The notes beneath the pieces were generated by a model, which made no database searches, was not told the DNA's origin, and was given only the letters and a program-made list of their open reading frames with translations. From positions 21,727-85,726 of the forward strand of contig DIYN01000048.1 of NCBI GenBank assembly GCA_002429065.1: a DNA stretch of 64,000 nt, read 5' to 3'. Shown here piece after piece: positions 59,740 through 64,000 of this stretch. The stretch comes from Verrucomicrobia bacterium UBA6053. GTDB lineage: Bacteria; Verrucomicrobiota; Kiritimatiellia; SS1-B-03-39; UBA6053. The position numbers and the translations under genes are program-made. Position 1 is the stretch's first letter. Every line of letters starts with the position of its first letter.

Positions 59740-59759
59740 ATTTCTGTATATACAGAAAT
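59740..59759. promoter_or_regulatory. Perfect 20-bp palindrome, candidate operator
   Basis: ATTTCTGTATATACAGAAAT, 40 nt upstream of the 59699 start codon. Confidence 0.7.
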
Positions 59760-59931
59760 TAAGGAAATTTGCAAATGGGAAAATGAAATTCATTCATCGG
59801 GTCCGAGGAGAGCGACAGGTTTTTTGCAGACTTTCCTGTCGTAAAAGAGGTCTTTGTTTCGTAGGTTTACGAACGGATTTGAATGCGAGGCCTTTTCAAA
59901 GGGTCATCGGATGCCTCATGGAGAGATACGG

Positions 59932-62900
59932 ATGCGCAATCGAGTACAGATGAGTTGGTTTGGCGTATGGGCATGTTTGTCGATATCAGGACTCCTGTTT
60001 GGTGCGGATCGAAGAGTGGAGATTCAACTCAGGGGCGCGCTGGGATCTCCAGTTAAGGGACAACCTGTTTCCACGCAGGATTTATACATACAGTCGCTGT
60101 ACTCCGGAGATCACCGTTTTGATTGGCTGATGGGGCAGGCTCCGGATTTTAACCGGGCGTTTCACCGCGGCCGGGTTCTCGAGAACCGTCTTGCGTCTCA
60201 GGGTGAGTTGCGACTGGAGATGCAGGTCTTCGGCGATCCCTGGGTGCCCGGTGGCAGGGGCCGGTATCGCTTGAAGCTCACACAGGTGTCTGAAGCGGAA
60301 TGGCGCGGACGTTATTCCGGCACCTTTGAACAGATTCTGGGCCGCGGTACCAAGGCCTACCCTTTGGAGGTTCAGGGGGAAGCGGTTCTGACCTTCACTG
60401 CGCCTGCGGTTCCTTCTCCGGATGGATTCCCGGTATCGCTGACACAGCATCCCCGCATGCTGGTGGCGAATCAGAACGTGGACGCGTTACGCCGAAAATC
60501 CGAGGAGAGCGAAATCGGCCGTGTTCTGCGCAGGCGGATTCTGGAGTCAGAGGACCCCCTGTCCCGCGCCATGGCCAGCCTGCTGACGCAGGATGCAGAG
60601 CTCGCCCGGTCCACCATCCCTGATGTCAGGAGCAAGCTTGCGGACGAATCTCCCGGTGCATTCAACGGATCAGACGGGGCTTACGCCAAACGGGTCGGAG
60701 AGATCGTGAAGATCTATGACCTGTGTTATCCCCACTGGCCGCAGGAGGTACAGCGCGAGGTGAACCGTGAGTTGGCCCGGAAAGCGGAGAAAATGATCTT
60801 CCGGCCGAATACCATCACCCGTAAAACCAACTGGTCACCCAATTCGAATTACTCCGGACATTTTAATGGAGCCGGTGGTATGGCCGGACTCGCCCTTCTG
60901 GGAAAGCCGGGCCCCCGGCCCACCGCCCCGGTAGAACCCTCCGACACCCCCGTGCGTATTCTGCCCCCGTCCAATCCCCGATTTCCTGACGGGATTCCGG
61001 TGGTGGATTTTACGCCCGGGATCATGCCGGATGACTGGTGGGTACTGGGTCCGGTTCCTACGCGGGAGCTGGACGGGATGGAGGCCCCGCCGGCTCTTTT
61101 TGGGGACGGAGTTCCCGGAAAGGTTCCCTCATTCTCCCCTGTTGTCGTATCGGACAAAACATATTCGTTTCAGCAGCCCGGTGACGCCATTTTCTGGACC
61201 CGTGGTGGTGAGGGGCCCGGGCACCGGAACCTGGAACTCATGCGCACCACGGGCAATGCGTATTTTTCCAGTGTGGTGTTTTTCACCACCATCCGGGTGG
61301 AGAAGACCGGGGTCTACCAGTTCAACGAACACAGCGGTGGTGGACACGCCAGCCGTTACTGGATCAGCGGACAGGAACTGCGTCCAGGAGATCTGGTCCG
61401 GCTTGAGCCGGGTGTGCATCCCTTCCGGGTCTCCAGCCGGTTTTTCAAAATCAATCCCTGGGGCAAATCCTGGATGCGCCCGAATTTTCAATCAGTGACC
61501 GAAACACAAATTCAGGATGCCCTGTATGTGAACCGCACCCTGTATGAAATGGAACGGGCCGCGTATGAGGAGGATCTTGCCTACTGGGAAGAGCACGACG
61601 GTGCGTCACCCCGGTTTCGCTGGATCTTTCTCTGCGGAACGCAAAAAGCCACTGAATACCATCGCTATACCTTCGGTGACGGAGGGTTTCAGGTCGAAGG
61701 GGAAATCTATACTGCGGTTGGGGCCGACCTGCCGCTGTTATTCGAAACCTGCTTTGTAAACAGTTTCGGCCATCCTTCGACCGGACGGCCCGATGTGACC
61801 CATGTGGGGCCACGTTATGTCGCCCAGACCCTCTATGCCCCGTCCGGGGTGGAAGCCCAGCAGTCCTTTTCATTGACGGATGGAACTCAGACAGTTCATC
61901 GCTGGCCACTGGCATTTCAGGTGATTCCGGATGAGTGGAAACCCGCCTGCCTTTGGGCCTGGAATCTGGGCATGGGGCTTCCGGATGGCGGTGCCGGCCG
62001 GCCTGCATCCACGTGGAGGCCGGGTGATGCATCTCTCGGAAATATTCTGCAAAAGGGCGGAAGTGCTGTGATGGCCCTGTTGTTTTATCCGTTTGATCTC
62101 GAACCGCAAAACCCGGAGGGACGTATCCCCAGATTCTGGGAGGCCGGGACCAAAGGATTATATGTTTTCCGTAACGGATGGAAGGGACCGAAACAGGATA
62201 TTGTGGCTCAGGCTTTTCTGAAATCCGAGGGGGAAGGGGGATGGCAGAACAAAGATGGAGGCTCCATTCGTCTGTGGGGGCTGGGGCATGCCTGGACGGA
62301 ACGGGGGCTGGGTGTGGGAAAAACCCGTGAGCGCCATGCCGAGACGGTGCTGCTCCTGCCTGGTCTGGATCACAATACCGGGATGCGGGCCCGCAGGGAG
62401 CAGGTTCAGTCTTTCGAGGATGGTTCCGGGCTCGTTCACATGAACATGGATCTCATCTATGCAGGAGCGAAACCTCATCCGGTCAAAAAAGGGCGTAGCC
62501 TGAAACTGGTGGACAACCGGTTTCAGATCAGGCCTGAGCATTTCGTCGACACCGGGGTGACCGGTTCACGTACATTTGCTGCGGACTATTCCGGTAAACA
62601 GGGGGTGGACGCGGTATTTGTCATGCGGGATCAGGTTCAGGGGCATTCTGCAGCAAGCTGGATGTGGCAGTTGCCTGCGTCCTTAAAGCGTGAGCAGGTG
62701 GAGATTCATGAGAATGCCTTTGTGATCCGTCAGCAGGGAGCGGTACTCCGTGCCAGGTTTTATGCGAGTTCCCCCTTTACGGTCCAGTGGTCGGATCTGA
62801 CCCATTCCAAAGTTCCTGCCAAGGATCGGGCGAAGAAAGAAGAAGACTACCGACTGCATGCCTTGAGTGTGAACCTCGAAGCCGGGAAGGAGGGGGTGGA

Positions 62901-63039
62901 TCTGTTGGCCGTCATCACCTTGGATGAAACTGACACCCCGGAGATACCCGTGAACCCGGTTCCAACCGGATGGAACATCACCAGCGGCAGGCAGATCCTG
63001 CTGGGGACCGATCAGGTTCGGATGAACCAGGCTCCGTAA
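59932..63039 (+). CDS. Large exported protein with heparinase II/III-like lyase architecture
   Basis: Signal peptide; NSNY...AGLAL, DGGFQVEGEIY, GLYVFRNGW, DGGSIRLWGLG, VFVMRDQV. Confidence 0.6.
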   Translation: MRNRVQMSWFGVWACLSISGLLFGADRRVEIQLRGALGSPVKGQPVSTQDLYIQSLYSGDHRFDWLMGQAPDFNRAFHRGRVLENRLASQGELRLEMQVFGDPWVPGGRGRYRLKLTQVSEAEWRGRYSGTFEQILGRGTKAYPLEVQGEAVLTFTAPAVPSPDGFPVSLTQHPRMLVANQNVDALRRKSEESEIGRVLRRRILESEDPLSRAMASLLTQDAELARSTIPDVRSKLADESPGAFNGSDGAYAKRVGEIVKIYDLCYPHWPQEVQREVNRELARKAEKMIFRPNTITRKTNWSPNSNYSGHFNGAGGMAGLALLGKPGPRPTAPVEPSDTPVRILPPSNPRFPDGIPVVDFTPGIMPDDWWVLGPVPTRELDGMEAPPALFGDGVPGKVPSFSPVVVSDKTYSFQQPGDAIFWTRGGEGPGHRNLELMRTTGNAYFSSVVFFTTIRVEKTGVYQFNEHSGGGHASRYWISGQELRPGDLVRLEPGVHPFRVSSRFFKINPWGKSWMRPNFQSVTETQIQDALYVNRTLYEMERAAYEEDLAYWEEHDGASPRFRWIFLCGTQKATEYHRYTFGDGGFQVEGEIYTAVGADLPLLFETCFVNSFGHPSTGRPDVTHVGPRYVAQTLYAPSGVEAQQSFSLTDGTQTVHRWPLAFQVIPDEWKPACLWAWNLGMGLPDGGAGRPASTWRPGDASLGNILQKGGSAVMALLFYPFDLEPQNPEGRIPRFWEAGTKGLYVFRNGWKGPKQDIVAQAFLKSEGEGGWQNKDGGSIRLWGLGHAWTERGLGVGKTRERHAETVLLLPGLDHNTGMRARREQVQSFEDGSGLVHMNMDLIYAGAKPHPVKKGRSLKLVDNRFQIRPEHFVDTGVTGSRTFAADYSGKQGVDAVFVMRDQVQGHSAASWMWQLPASLKREQVEIHENAFVIRQQGAVLRARFYASSPFTVQWSDLTHSKVPAKDRAKKEEDYRLHALSVNLEAGKEGVDLLAVITLDETDTPEIPVNPVPTGWNITSGRQILLGTDQVRMNQAP

Positions 63040-63096
63040 TGGGTTCATTCCGAATGCCGATTGCTCCGGCTCGACAGGTTCCCCAAGGAGACGGTG

Positions 63097-63726
63097 TTAT
63101 CGTGTGTTCTTCTTCCGGTGGAAGCGTTGAATTTCCGCCTCCGGAACCGGCATGAACGTGTCCAGAAGCTTTTTGAGGTCTTTCGCATCCGCCGTGATCG
63201 ACTCCCAGTTTGCCTGATCATCATAGGTGAAAAAGTAGTTGTGGCATGCCCAGCAGATACTGGTCTCGAAGAGAAGCCTGTCCTCGGCATAAATCCGAAT
63301 TCCATGGATCGGGAAGTGACAGAAGGCCTGTCCGCCCTCTTTGGGGCTTACCAGCAGCCGTTTGACGGCTTCACACCACGTGGGAATGTCTTTGGGAGGC
63401 ACCTGGAAGGTATTCAGGATTTTGGTTTCCGCATGCAGATAGGGCTGGATGCGGAAGACCGCCTCCTCTTCTTTTGCTTTGTACTTCTCGTCTTTTCCCA
63501 TGGAAAAATCGAGAAGGTAGACGTCGATCCGGTTGGCAAACTGGAAGGTCGATGCAACGGCGGCCCGGTAGTCTCGATCTGCTTCGGCCTTTGCATCCCA
63601 GCGCTTCCGACCGGCCTGATCCAGGGTCTGATTGAGGTGCTCTGAGACCACGTTCTGGTCAGAGCCGATGGCATTCAGGGATAAAAACAGGGACAGAAAG
63701 AGGGTCGGCAGAGGGTGTTTCATCAT
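63097..63726 (-). CDS. Hypothetical exported protein with CHFPIHG and CWAC motifs
   Basis: Signal peptide after ATG 63726; AFCHFPIHGI...TSICWACHN. Confidence 0.7.
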   Translation of the reverse strand: MMKHPLPTLFLSLFLSLNAIGSDQNVVSEHLNQTLDQAGRKRWDAKAEADRDYRAAVASTFQFANRIDVYLLDFSMGKDEKYKAKEEEAVFRIQPYLHAETKILNTFQVPPKDIPTWCEAVKRLLVSPKEGGQAFCHFPIHGIRIYAEDRLLFETSICWACHNYFFTYDDQANWESITADAKDLKKLLDTFMPVPEAEIQRFHRKKNTR

Positions 63727-64000
63727 CTGTTTCTTGGGATGCAGGTACGATGTGGAGAAGTGGACCATGCCGAAAGAGTGAGGACCCATTCCGGTTGTGG
63801 GGGACCACGGGTTGATCTCGGACGGAGGGTTTTCGAACAGCAGGTTCAGCTGTAGGGTACTCAGGTCCACTCAAGCCGTCAATCCGGGGCAAGCACCGTT
63901 CTTTCTTTCCCATGTGTAGATTCGGTTCCGGTGGGGTCTTCTTGACTCTGGATTGGAATCTGGTCTGGTAGCAGAACTGACCCATTCCCAAACCGAATCC

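Noticed and set aside
59744..59755. LexA SOS box
   Set aside because: The spacing is CTGT-N4-ACAG, not the CTGT-N8-ACAG of the E. coli-type box.
63727..64000. Possible gene end at the right edge
   Set aside because: No minus-strand frame gave a recognisable product; cannot be resolved without flanking sequence.

Overview
A GC-rich bacterial chromosomal segment with about 45 real CDS. The gene content suggests the PVC superphylum (Kiritimatiellota/Verrucomicrobiota-like), but this is an inference. I found no rRNA, tRNA, transposase, integrase, cas gene or CRISPR array. From left to right: a 5'-truncated Ig-domain protein, a GT4, an ECF sigma/anti-sigma pair, a GH42-like glycosidase, SUI1, asd, a CsgG-like protein, an orphan MIO ammonia-lyase, a TPR protein plus exosortase-EpsI pair, RidA, PDZ, Sir2, pcnB, an M42 peptidase, GH65 and oppB/oppC-D/oppF. 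An 11-kb molybdate/sulfur-relay locus follows (27.8-38.8 kb), then two tandem giant multidomain proteases (S8 and M12B-like), a GH130 with a divergent unknown glycanase-like gene, small membrane genes and a heparinase-fold-like protein. Main leads: (1) the Mo locus couples two oxyanion ABC importers, a Cys-substituted tandem ModA, a HesA-type E1, MoeB-rhodanese, MoaD and a Cys-motif LolD/FtsX-type exporter, with no Moco or nif genes in view; (2) an exosortase carries BY-kinase-like Tyr-Gly clusters; (3) the two unrelated giant proteases share a putative C-terminal sorting domain; (4) several intergenic elements are built from inverted arms of 6/7/9-bp tandem units. All family calls come from reading motifs by eye; no database search was run.
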